Shown: piece by piece, positions 8,534 to 17,600 of the stretch
Layout: each line of letters starts with the position of its first letter
How positions within the stretch are numbered: position 1 is the first letter of the stretch
The notes under the pieces: generated by a model
What the model was told of the DNA's origin: nothing
The model's database searches: none
The model's input: only the letters and a program-made list of their open reading frames with translations
Program-made: the position numbers and the translations under genes
Assembly: GCF_018398935.1 (NCBI RefSeq)
Contig: NZ_CP074694.1
Coordinates: forward strand, 2,010,001 to 2,042,000
Source: Telmatocola sphagniphila
GTDB taxonomy: Bacteria > Planctomycetota > Planctomycetia > Gemmatales > Gemmataceae
Reading direction: 5' to 3'
Length of the DNA stretch: 32,000 nt

Positions 8534-10003
8534 ATGACAGCACCAACTCCTCCCCGTGAGGTCGAGCGTTTATCCGCCCTGCGCTCGTTGGGAATACTCG
8601 ATACGCCGCCCGAACCAGAATATGATGATCTCACGAGGCTGACGGCCGCGGTGTGTGGGGTTCCCATCGCCATCGTCAGTTTCATCGATTCGTGTCGACA
8701 GTGGTTCAAGTCTCGCATTGGTCTGGATGCCACCGAGACGCACCGAGACTCTGCTTTTTGCGCCTATGCCATCCTTCAACCTGACTTATTCGTTGTCCCC
8801 GACGCCATTTCGGATGCGCGGTTCCAGAATAATCCTCTAGTGACTGATGAGCCCCGTATTAGGTTCTACGCCGGGATGCCGCTGGCTACTCCGGAAGGCC
8901 ATAACCTCGGAACGCTTTGCGTCATCGACCGGGTACCGCGGACCCTAACCAATACTCAATCGGACGCTTTACGGGTTCTGGCCAGGCATGTCGTCACGCA
9001 ATTAATGTTGAGGAGGCAACTCGAATGGTCGAAGGTCATTGAGGCCGAACTGCGGGCAAGCGAAGCGAAATTTCGCAACACGGTGGATCGACTGGCCGAG
9101 GGAGTCTTCGTCGTTGACCCACTTGCAAGAAAGATCATTGACGCAAATTTGGCTGTTCTGGCAATACTCGGCTATACCAAATCTGAATTTGTGGGGCGTT
9201 CTCCGGAAGACATCATGGCTCAGGAAATCCCGGAAGTTACCACTAGGAATTTTTCCCGAATTGACAGCGAATTGGCGACCACGGGCCGCCGCAACCTGGG
9301 GCGGAAGTGCCTTCGGGGTAAGGATGGGTCGCTAATCTCTGTGGATGTTCGGATTACCCTTATCCCCAATGACGGCGTGGGATTGCAGGCATTCGTCATT
9401 CGGGATTTGACGGAGCAGTGCGCTTACGAAGATCGACTATTCCTTTACCAAACAGAACTCGAAAATGCAAATGCCAAGCTTAAGCAGCTGGCAAACACCG
9501 ACGGGCTCACCGGGGTGCGAAATCGTTCCGCATTCAATGCCAAACTGCTCGAGGAGTACGATCGGGCCAATCGTTACAATCATCCGTTATCAGTTATTCT
9601 AATGGACGTGGACCACTTCAAAATTTTCAATGACACCTTTGGCCACCCAGCCGGGGATGAAGTTCTGAAGGCCGTAGGTCGGACTTTGCAGGAAACCGCT
9701 CGGAGTACAGATTTCGTGGCTCGTTACGGCGGTGAAGAATTCGCCGTTCTACTGCCCGACACCGAATTATCCGGTGCCATGGTTCTGGCCGAGCGTTTTC
9801 GCCGAGCCATTGCAAGCGTTTCGTGGGACAAGCGAGCTGTTACGGTAAGCGTAGGTGTCAGTACATCCACCAAGCAGACACCCGAAGCCTCGAAGTTAGT
9901 CCAAGAGGCTGATGAAGCCCTTTATCGCTCCAAAAAAAATGGACGCAATCGAGTGAATCACAGCAACTTATCGAGCCTTTCCATCAGGAACACGATAGCT
10001 TGA
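8534..10003 (+). CDS. GAF-PAS-GGDEF diguanylate cyclase
   Basis: 489 aa. GAF-like N-terminus (RLSALRSLGILDTPPEPEYDDLTRL...FYAGMPL). PAS. GGDEF domain with active-site GGEEF (nt 9728-9742) and an RxxD I-site (RSTD) five residues upstream. Confidence 0.92.
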   Translation: MTAPTPPREVERLSALRSLGILDTPPEPEYDDLTRLTAAVCGVPIAIVSFIDSCRQWFKSRIGLDATETHRDSAFCAYAILQPDLFVVPDAISDARFQNNPLVTDEPRIRFYAGMPLATPEGHNLGTLCVIDRVPRTLTNTQSDALRVLARHVVTQLMLRRQLEWSKVIEAELRASEAKFRNTVDRLAEGVFVVDPLARKIIDANLAVLAILGYTKSEFVGRSPEDIMAQEIPEVTTRNFSRIDSELATTGRRNLGRKCLRGKDGSLISVDVRITLIPNDGVGLQAFVIRDLTEQCAYEDRLFLYQTELENANAKLKQLANTDGLTGVRNRSAFNAKLLEEYDRANRYNHPLSVILMDVDHFKIFNDTFGHPAGDEVLKAVGRTLQETARSTDFVARYGGEEFAVLLPDTELSGAMVLAERFRRAIASVSWDKRAVTVSVGVSTSTKQTPEASKLVQEADEALYRSKKNGRNRVNHSNLSSLSIRNTIA

Positions 10004-10139
10004 AAGTGATCTGAGGGGCACATCGCTCCCGCCACTCGCTCAATCTCGCGACTGAAAATCTTGGTTCGAGTGCCGGTTTACATTTACTTCAAGAATTAAT
10101 CGACTAGTTTGGTCTGTATACCAAACTTAAAAAGTGCCT

Positions 10140-10244
10140 TTAAGCCTTATCCGTTATTGCGGTCGATCGCTTCAACTCGTCCAAAATCTCCCGTACCTTC
10201 CGGGTAAAGCTGGTCGAAGTGTATGGCTTGGGTGGGACGGCCAC
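10140..10244 (-). pseudogene. Relic 3' end of a receiver domain (hybrid-kinase or RR tail)
   Basis: The reading ...AHVAVPPKPYTSTSFTRKVREILDELKRSTAITDKA* resembles the C-termini of the two hybrid kinases in this window ([19 protein letters not shown] and [19 protein letters not shown]). It ends abruptly where transposase-derived sequence starts. Confidence 0.4.
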
Positions 10245-10245
10245 A

Positions 10246-10560
10246 TGCGCTTGGCGGCAGGGATCGAAAGGCAAGATGACCGGTCGTTTCGCCGCATGGC
10301 AGGTACCTCCCGCTCCCAAACTGTCGGCTGGAAAAGAGCCACTTGCCCTCTGCTGGTTACTCGCCGAATGACCAGAAGGCGAATCACAACCCGCCAAATA
10401 TTTTTTCAGCAATCTTCCTGCAGGTACAAGCCTCAAACAACTGGTTTCCACGGCCAAAAATCGATGGTGGATCGAACACAGCTATCGAGAACTCAAGGCC
10501 GAACTCAGTTTGGATCACTTCGAAGGTCGTTCTTGGAGAGGGTGGATTCACCAAGTCGTG
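10246..10560 (+). pseudogene. IS701-like (IS4/IS701 DDE) transposase C-terminal fragment with in-frame TGA
   Basis: Frame 1 reads CAWRQGSKGKMTGRFAAWQVPPAPKLSAGKEPLALCWLLAE*PEGESQPAKYFFSNLPAGTSLKQLVSTAKNRWWIEHSYRELKAELSLDHFEGRSWRGWIHQVV. This matches the IS701 pattern TWREGTKG..SRFAA.RVRPA...WLL.EWP...YWLSNLP...RW.IE..Y.ELK.ELGLDHFEGRSWRG. The TGA at 10369-10371 replaces the expected Trp codon. The fragment is truncated at both ends and too short or broken to appear in the ORF track. Confidence 0.7.
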
Positions 10561-10762
10561 TTTTGCCAAACCGCGTAGCCATCTCGGTCCGACAGAGCAG
10601 CTTCAATTTGTCGCCGCGGCGGTTGCGGAAGACGAACCAGGTTCCCGACAGCGGGTCGCTTTTGAGATGTTCGCGGGCCAATGCCGCCAGACCGTCGAAG
10701 CTCTTCCGCATGTCGGTCGGGGCCACGCACAGAAGAATCTTCGCCGAAGTGTAGTTTAGCAT
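10561..10762 (-). pseudogene. IS66-family tnpB (orfB), frameshifted and 3'-truncated
   Basis: MLNYTSAKILLCVAPTDMRKSFDGLAALAREHLKSDPLSGTWFVFRNRRGDKLKLL matches the TnpB core (DMRKxFDGL...vFxNrrxdxlKlL). The next conserved block, SDRDGYAVWQ, continues in another frame (ORF 10548..10787). Homology ends at about 10560. Confidence 0.75.
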
Positions 10763-11103
10763 GACGCCTCCTGAGCGGACAACGCACTGAAGAGGGCTCG
10801 GAAGGTCGAATCTTCGACGCCGTTTATCACCACAACGTGGCCCGACGGACAGCGAACTTCGATCATCGTCGGGGACGGCTTTGTTGAATCGGAAGCGGTG
10901 GGAACTACCGTGATCGCAACGAACGCGGGGAGAGCTTCGGTCTCTCGGCGTTTGAGTTCTCGTTGCCAGTAATAATAGGCCGCCTCGCTGATTCGAAGCC
11001 GTTGACAGTAGGCTCGAATGGATTCATTGCTGGATCGCTGATCCAAAATCGTCTTCTTCCAAAATGCTTCCCGCTGGGGATCTCGAACACGACGCTTCGA
11101 CAT
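10756..11103 (-). CDS. tnpA: IS66-family accessory protein TnpA (orfA), apparently intact
   Basis: 115 aa. MSKRRVRDPQREAFWKKTILDQRSSNESIRAYCQRLRISEAAYYYWQRELKRR is the HTH typical of IS66 and IS3-type orfA. It overlaps the tnpB start by 7 nt. The IS terminus lies at 11184. Confidence 0.8.
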   Translation of the reverse strand: MSKRRVRDPQREAFWKKTILDQRSSNESIRAYCQRLRISEAAYYYWQRELKRRETEALPAFVAITVVPTASDSTKPSPTMIEVRCPSGHVVVINGVEDSTFRALFSALSAQEASC

Positions 11104-11310
11104 GACTCCGACTCCTGAGGGTTAAAAACCACCAGGATAACTCATCTGACAAGAAGGGAGTTCACCAACCGGATACTCTTTTTCCATAGTTTTGAGTAAA
11201 TTCCTTACTTCACTGTAGAGAAATCGCGTATTCAATTTCACGGTTTTGGAATAATCTGTTTCGCTCAAATCTCAGCAGTTAAGATTCGTGAATCAACCTG
11301 GGAGGTTTAT

Positions 11311-11562
11311 ATGTCGAATCAACAACTCGTTAGTGGGGATGCTCCCGAACTCAGCGTCCAGATACAGTCCCGAGATTTTCAGAATTGGGCTTCGTATATG
11401 GCTGCCTGGAGCAATCGACTTGATACGCATCCCAGAAATTGGGATGAATTAGAGCTTCTCGATTTCGTCGATCAGTTGCAAAGAAGAACTTACTTTTGGC
11501 AAAAGGAGATCGAAGATAACTTCGTGGAGATGGATAGCACTGACGAAACAATTATTGACTGA
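11311..11562 (+). CDS. Hypothetical small protein
   Basis: 83-aa ORF with GGGAGG 5 nt upstream of the ATG. It heads the plus-strand sensory operon. No domain recognised. Confidence 0.5.
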   Translation: MSNQQLVSGDAPELSVQIQSRDFQNWASYMAAWSNRLDTHPRNWDELELLDFVDQLQRRTYFWQKEIEDNFVEMDSTDETIID

Positions 11563-11708
11563 ACGGAAAGCTCCCAGGCTGACTTGGTCCTGGTTGTACA
11601 CTTGTCGATTGGAGTTCGAAGAAGTTCTCGAAATTCATTTCCAGGGCATTGAGAGGTTCAATATGGAAATCCGGAAGTTTCTCGAAAAAAAATAACGGAT
11701 GTGAATCG

Positions 11709-13157
11709 ATGCAGGCCTCGGCGCGAAATATTATCGATACGGTACCTCACCCTCTCCTCGTCCTCGACGCGAATTTGCGATTGATACTCGCCAACCCCGC
11801 GTATTGTCTCACCTTCGGTTGCACTTCGCCCGCTGTCGAAGGTTACAGTCTCTTCGAGATTGATGGCGGTCGGTGGAATCGGCCCAGCTTACGCACCTTG
11901 CTTGGGGATGTAATCAACCGAAACAGTTTCTTCATCGACTACGAACTCGAGTGCGATTGCCCCCGCGTCGGTCGGCGCGAGTTTGTTCTAAAGGCCCATC
12001 GAGTGTTTCGCGACGAGGGCGGTCGTCATATGGTCCTGTTGGCCATCGAAGACGACACCGAACTGCACCGGATCAAAGACGAACTCCGCCAATCGAAGAT
12101 CGAGTTGGAAGACCAAGGCAAGGCCATGGATCGCCAGCTACGAGATTTGGCTCGGTCCGTTGAATCCACGCGCCATCAAACCCTGTTGCAATCGGAGCTC
12201 AAAATCGCGGCTCTGGAACAAAAAGCGCGCGATCTGGCAAACTTCGTCGAAGGATTGCGAAATCAAACGAGACTGCAGGCGGACGCTAAAATTGCACTCC
12301 TGATGCAGAAAGCACAAGATTTAGCCGTATCAGTGGAGGCGTTGCGCGAAATTACTCTCCAACATTCAGATTCCCAGATCGCGGCGCTCGATCAATCGGA
12401 GAAAGTGACCAGCAGACTCAATGAAGAACTGGAGCGGAGCGCCCTGGAACGGAATCGGCAATTGGAAGCCGCGAACCGGGAGTTGGAAGCATTTTGCTAC
12501 TCAGTGAGTCACGACCTGCGGACCCCGTTGCGGGCCCTGGATGGGTTCAGTCGAGAACTGATCGAGTCGCATTCCGACCGTCTAGACGAGCAAGGGCTTC
12601 ACTATCTTCGCCGGATCCGAGCTGGAACCCAGCGGATGGGACGCCTCATCGATGACCTTCTGAAGTTATCCCGAGTCACGCGAGTTGAGATGACGCGGGA
12701 GCGGGTAGATCTCTCGGCACTTGCCGAGACCGTTTTCGCCGAGTTGCAAGAGCTCGAGCCTGGGCGAGTGGTTTCCTTCACCGTCGGACCCGGACTGTTC
12801 GCCGAATGCGATTTCGCACTCATGCGTGTGGTATTTGAAAATTTACTCGGGAACGCCTGGAAGTTCACTTCCAAGAATCCGACGGCGGCGATCACTTTCG
12901 ACCAAACCGAAGTCGAGGGTCAACGAGCGTTTGTTATCCGTGATGATGGAGCCGGGTTCGACTCCGCGTACATGGGGAAACTGTTCGGCGCGTTCCAACG
13001 GTTACATTCCGACCGCGATTTTCCTGGAACGGGGATAGGCCTGGCGACGGTTCAGCGCGTAGTCCATCGGCACGGTGGAAGAGTTTGGGCCGAGGGGGCG
13101 GTCGGCCGCGGAGCCGCCCTCTACTTCACCATGCCCGGCTCGGAGTATCGCATATGA
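11709..13157 (+). CDS. PAS-domain sensor histidine kinase (paralogue of 5307..6506) with repeat-expanded linker
   Basis: PAS (IIDTVPHPLLVLD...). Long coiled coil. H-box FCYSVSHDLRTPLR, NLLGNAWKF, DDGAGF, GTGIGLA. The start is uncertain: ATG 11709 is chosen here, and TTG 11649 is the longest ORF. The stop overlaps the next start (ATGA). Confidence 0.88.
   Translation: MQASARNIIDTVPHPLLVLDANLRLILANPAYCLTFGCTSPAVEGYSLFEIDGGRWNRPSLRTLLGDVINRNSFFIDYELECDCPRVGRREFVLKAHRVFRDEGGRHMVLLAIEDDTELHRIKDELRQSKIELEDQGKAMDRQLRDLARSVESTRHQTLLQSELKIAALEQKARDLANFVEGLRNQTRLQADAKIALLMQKAQDLAVSVEALREITLQHSDSQIAALDQSEKVTSRLNEELERSALERNRQLEAANRELEAFCYSVSHDLRTPLRALDGFSRELIESHSDRLDEQGLHYLRRIRAGTQRMGRLIDDLLKLSRVTRVEMTRERVDLSALAETVFAELQELEPGRVVSFTVGPGLFAECDFALMRVVFENLLGNAWKFTSKNPTAAITFDQTEVEGQRAFVIRDDGAGFDSAYMGKLFGAFQRLHSDRDFPGTGIGLATVQRVVHRHGGRVWAEGAVGRGAALYFTMPGSEYRI
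12141..12401 (+). repeat. Intragenic tandem repeat, 3 x 87 bp (3 x 29 aa) in the kinase signalling helix
   Basis: RDLARSVESTRHQTLLQSELKIAALEQKA / RDLANFVEGLRNQTRLQADAKIALLMQKA / QDLAVSVEALREITLQHSDSQIAALDQSE. The repeat is absent from the 399-aa paralogue. Confidence 0.75.
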
Positions 13158-13597
13158 CTGGGAAGGTGATTCTGCTGGTCGAAGACAACCAGGACGATGA
13201 AGAACTCGCCCTGCTCGCATTCAAGAAAGGACTAGTGCTGAACGAAGTGGTCGTCGCGAGGGACGGGGTGGAAGCGATCGATTACCTCTTTGGCACTGGC
13301 CCCCATGCCGGTCGAAATGTCAGCGAGCTGCCGCAAATGATGCTTCTCGATCTGAAATTGCCAAGGATGGACGGGCACGAGGTTCTTCGGCGGGTCCGGG
13401 CCGATCCCCGCACCCGCCGGTTGCCGGTAGTCATCCTCACTTCGTCGCGCGAGGAGGAAGATCTGATCCAAGGTTACGATTTGGGGGCCAACTCGTACGT
13501 CCGTAAGCCGGTGGATTTCACTCACTTCGTGGATGCTGTCCGCCAACTCCAGATGTATTGGCTCATACTTAACGAACCGCCTCCGGTGAGAGGTTGA
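13154..13597 (+). CDS. Single-domain response regulator (paralogue of 4834..5292)
   Basis: MTGKVILLVEDNQDDEELALLAFKK...LLDLKLPRMDG...VVILTSS...GANSYVRKPVDF...LNEPPP. ATG 13154 overlaps the kinase stop (ATGA). The longer ORF from 13085 would run inside the kinase gene. Confidence 0.9.
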   Translation: MTGKVILLVEDNQDDEELALLAFKKGLVLNEVVVARDGVEAIDYLFGTGPHAGRNVSELPQMMLLDLKLPRMDGHEVLRRVRADPRTRRLPVVILTSSREEEDLIQGYDLGANSYVRKPVDFTHFVDAVRQLQMYWLILNEPPPVRG

Positions 13598-14610
13598 TCT
13601 CCATCGAACGAACTCCAAGGCTAGTCCTGGTCGTGGACGATGATGTCAAGGTCACCGAATTGCTCCGGAGGGTGCTGGAGGCGGACGGGCACGAGGTTGT
13701 CGTTGCTTTTGACGGTCGAACGGTGGTGGATGAAGTGGCTACGCGCTGTGCCGATTTGGTAATCCTCGATATCGACATGCCCTACTCGAACGGGTTCGAG
13801 ATCTGTCGGCAAATCAAGAGTGATCCCAGGACTCGCATAATTCCGATCCTGATTCTGACAGGAGTCGCCGCCGGCGACCGCATACGAGCTTGGGAGCTTG
13901 GGGCCGACGAGTTCCTGACCAAGCCGTTTAAGCCACAGGAAGTCGCGGCCCGCGCGCGTTCTCTCCTACGCCATAAGGATCTGGTGGACGCACTAGACTC
14001 GGCGGAATCCGTAGTCTTCAGCTTGGTCCGCGCCTTGGAAGGGAAATCTCCGTACACCCATGGTCATTCGGGGCGGGTGATGCAATACGCTCTGGCTCTT
14101 GCGAAATCGTTTGGCCTTAGCGAGGCCGATATGGATATCTTACGTCGCGGAGTCTTGCTCCACGATATCGGCAAGATCAGTACACCCGATGTGATTCTCA
14201 ACAAGCCGGGGCAACTCACGCCCGAGGAAATTGAAGTGATTCGGTTGCATCCCATCGAGGGGGCCAGGATCGTCGGGCCGCTTCGCTCGGCCAGAGACGC
14301 AATTCCACTAATCCGTTGGCATCACGAACGCATGGATGGCAAGGGCTATCCGGATGGTTTGATGGGCGGCATGATCCCACTGTCGGTCCGAGTGCTGTCA
14401 GTGGCGGATATGTACGATGCTCTTTCTAGCGACCGTCCCTACCGCTCGGCGATGACACACAATCAATGCCAGGAAGTAATGGTGGAGAACGCGAAGTCCG
14501 GCGGACTTGATCCTGAGTTGGTTCGCGCCTTCTTTAAGTGCTTCACTGGGCGAATAGGCGCGGCGTCCGTGGCCGAACCGAAGGGGATGGCATCCGAATT
14601 TCCGCGCTAG
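13594..14610 (+). CDS. Response regulator with HD-GYP domain (putative c-di-GMP phosphodiesterase)
   Basis: 338 aa. REC (LVLVVDDD...ILDIDMPYSNG...ILTG...TKPF). HD-GYP (HGHSGRV...LLHDIGK...HPIEG...WHHERMDGKGYPDG). The TTG start overlaps the upstream stop (TTGA). Confidence 0.9.
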   Translation: MISIERTPRLVLVVDDDVKVTELLRRVLEADGHEVVVAFDGRTVVDEVATRCADLVILDIDMPYSNGFEICRQIKSDPRTRIIPILILTGVAAGDRIRAWELGADEFLTKPFKPQEVAARARSLLRHKDLVDALDSAESVVFSLVRALEGKSPYTHGHSGRVMQYALALAKSFGLSEADMDILRRGVLLHDIGKISTPDVILNKPGQLTPEEIEVIRLHPIEGARIVGPLRSARDAIPLIRWHHERMDGKGYPDGLMGGMIPLSVRVLSVADMYDALSSDRPYRSAMTHNQCQEVMVENAKSGGLDPELVRAFFKCFTGRIGAASVAEPKGMASEFPR

Positions 14611-14661
14611 GCTAAAGGCTATTGAACGAAACCGAAGGTATATCGTCTGATTTCGCCACTT

Positions 14662-17600
14662 GTGACAGTTGAACCTAGTCATATTCCCGAGTTTACGGTG
14701 AACCAAATGTCCCAACCCATGCGACTGCTTATTGTTGAGGATAAGCCCGACGATGCGGAACTAGTCGTTCTTGCCCTGAAACAACAAGGTCTTAACACAA
14801 CGTGGCGGCGGGTCGAGACAGCGGACGAAATGCGGTTGGCTCTCGCGACCGGAGCGTGGGACGCGGTACTGTCGGACTATACTTTGCCGGTTTTCGGTGC
14901 TGCGGCCAGCCTTGCGGTCGTACGGGAATTCGACCCGGATCTCCCTTTTATTGTCGTTTCGGGAACGGTCGGTGAAGACGTGGCGGTCCGGATTATGCGA
15001 GCGGGAGCAAACGACTACGTCTTAAAGCACTCACTCACCCGACTGGCACCCGCCCTCGTCCGAGAGCTGCGTGAAGCAGAGAACCGCCGGGCCCTCAAGT
15101 TGGCCGATAAGGTAGTGCGGGCAAGCGAGATTCGTTACCGCCGCCTGTTTGAGGCCGCGCAAGACGGCATCCTTATCGTCGATGTGGTATCACGTCAAAT
15201 TCTCGACATAAACCCGTTTCTAGAGAAACTAATCGGCTACCGACACGAAGAACTGGTAGGTAAAGAATTGTGGGAGATAGGCCTGTTCCGCGACATCGAA
15301 GCCAACAAGACGGCGTTCCACACGCTTCAGGAGCAAGGCTACATCCGCTACGATGACCTGCCACTTGCGACCAAGAACGGACTCCTGATCGACGTCGAAT
15401 TTGTCAGCAACATTTATCGCGAAGGCGACGAGCAAGTGATCCAGTGCAATATCCGCGACATCAGTGCGCGCAAGAGAGCGGAAAAAGTCCTGCTTGAAAA
15501 GGACCTGGAGTTGACCCAAGCGGTCCGCTTGGCCCGGCTCGGCTACTGGAATCGCGACCTCGTAACAGAATATGTGGAGTGGTCGGAGATGCTGTATGAG
15601 ATTTTTGGCATTTCCCGAACTCGTCTGGAACTGACATTTGAGACGTTCCTGGCGACCGTCCACCCGGATGACCGTCAGGCGGTAGCCAACCGAATCGAAG
15701 CGGCCGTAGCCACGATCGGTTCGTTTGAACACTCTTATAGAATTCTCGTTGATGGCGCAGTTAGGGTGATCCACGAAGTGGGCCGCGTAATCGCGTCGGA
15801 GGATGGGATCCCGATCCGCCTTGCCGGCTCTGCACAGGACATTACCGAACAGTCGAAGGCGACGGCGACCATCCAGGCGAGTGAGGAAAGATACCGGACG
15901 CTGATCACCGCGACCACTGCAATCGTTTGGAGCTCTCCACCTTCCGGGGCATTTGACACTTTTCAACCAGCTTGGACGGCATTCACAGGCCAGACAGTCG
16001 AACAACACATGGGGTGGGGATGGCTGGATGCAATTCACCCAGACGATCGGGAAATGAGCGCACAAGCATGGGCGGCGGCGGTGAAGGACCGATGTACCTA
16101 TCAGTTGGAACACAAAATCCGCCGTGCGGATGGGGAGTATCGCGACATGTCCGCTCGGGCCTTGCCAATCTTGGAACCCGAAGGAACGGTACGGGAGTGG
16201 GTCGGCATCCACACTGATATCACCGATCAGAAGCGGGCGAAAGAGAGATTGTACCAGAGCCAGGAGCGGCTAAGCCTGGCGACTGAATCGGCGAGAATCG
16301 GAATTTGGGATTGGAATGTATCATCGAACGAGATGGACTGGGATGCCCGGATGCTCGCGCTATACGGCATTAGAGAGCAGGAGTTTTCGGGTGCGTATAA
16401 TACGTGGAGGAATGGCCTGCACCCGGACGACCGGGACCGCGCGGAAGCCGAGATCGCGGCCGCACTTGCCGGAGTTGAGGATTTCCACACCGAATTTCGG
16501 GTCGTCTGGCCCAATGGCGAGGTTCGCCATATTGAAGCTCACGCCCTGGTACAGCTTGTGCCCGGAGGTCCGGCGACCCGAATGACCGGGGTCAACTGGG
16601 ACATCACCGATCGCAAACGGGCGGAAGACAACTTACACATGCGGGATCGGGCCATTCAGGCGGCGACCCAGGGACTCATGATCACGGACTCCAGTCAGGC
16701 GGACAATCCACTGGTTTTCGTCAATCACGGGTTCGAGCAGATGACCGGGTACGCTTCGGAAGACATCCTTGGCCTCAACTGCCGGTTCCTTCAAGGCGTG
16801 GACACAGACCCAGTCGCGATTGCTCGGATTCGAGAAGCGATTCTCGCCGAAGAATCATATACTCTCGAGATCTTGAACTATCGTAAAGATGGAACTCCAT
16901 TCTGGAACAAACTATCGGTCGCGCCGGTTCGCGGTGCCCTTGGGCAACTGACGCACTTCGTGGGAGTTCAAGAGGACGTTACCGCTCGGAAAAGCCTCGA
17001 AGCACAGTTTCGACAATCCCAAAAGATGGACGCATTCGGGCAACTCGCTGGTGGCGTGGCCCACGACTTCAATAACCTGCTGACCGTGATCAATGGATAC
17101 AGCGACCTCCTCCTCCAGAGCCTTCCCTCAGGTGATCCATCCCGGGAACTGGTCTCAGAGATTCTTAAGGCCGGCGAACGATCGGCCCAACTAACTCGCC
17201 AACTCTTGGCGTTCAGTCGCCAGCAAGTCCTCGCCCCGCGAGTGCTCAACCTGAATGAGGTTGTGAATGAAATAGACAAGATGCTCCGTCGGCTGATTGG
17301 GGAGGACATTCGGCTGACTAGGACTTTGGAATCCAAACTTTGGGCAGTCCAGGCCGATACTGGGCAAGTCGAGCAGGTGCTACTCAACCTCTGTGTGAAC
17401 GCGCGGGACGCGATGCCCAAGGGAGGCCGACTGACAATCGAGACCCAAAACATCAATCTGGACGAGAACTACGCTCGAACCCATTCTGACGTCCCTTCCG
17501 GCCCTTACGTTTTGTTAAGCGTTACGGACACCGGGAGTGGAATGTCAATGGAAGTGCAAGAACGGATCTTCGAGCCGTTCTTCACCACTAAGGGAATCGG

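Noticed and set aside
8205-8733. Minus-strand ORFs 8205..8438 and 8452..8733 upstream of the cyclase gene.
   Set aside because: No recognisable similarity, including to the expected upstream part of IS66 TnpC. The second ORF overlaps the cyclase start. I left the region uncalled.
10063-10126. tRNA-like T-loop string ggttcgagtgcc (10063-10074) and the hairpin gtttggt-ctgtat-accaaac (about 10107-10126) downstream of the cyclase gene.
   Set aside because: The flanking bases cannot form a T-stem or acceptor stem, so this is not a tRNA. The hairpin is AT-rich and lacks a following T-run, so it is not convincing as a terminator.
10134-10759. 206-aa and 138-aa plus-strand ORFs, and minus-strand ORFs 10140..10457 and 10172..10387.
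   Set aside because: They read across junctions of three unrelated fragments (receiver tail, IS701-like, IS66 tnpB) and give nonsense R/S-rich translations. The region is better explained as IS debris.
15229-16212. 327-aa ORF antisense to the 1160-aa hybrid kinase. Similar antisense or out-of-frame ORFs occur at 16968..17456, 12602..12895, 13232..13618, 22935..23360, 23478..23801 and 25386..25751.
   Set aside because: These are typical stop-poor shadow frames in GC-rich coding DNA. Their translations are low-complexity (R/P/S/G-rich) with no motifs. The opposite strand carries strongly supported domain-rich genes.
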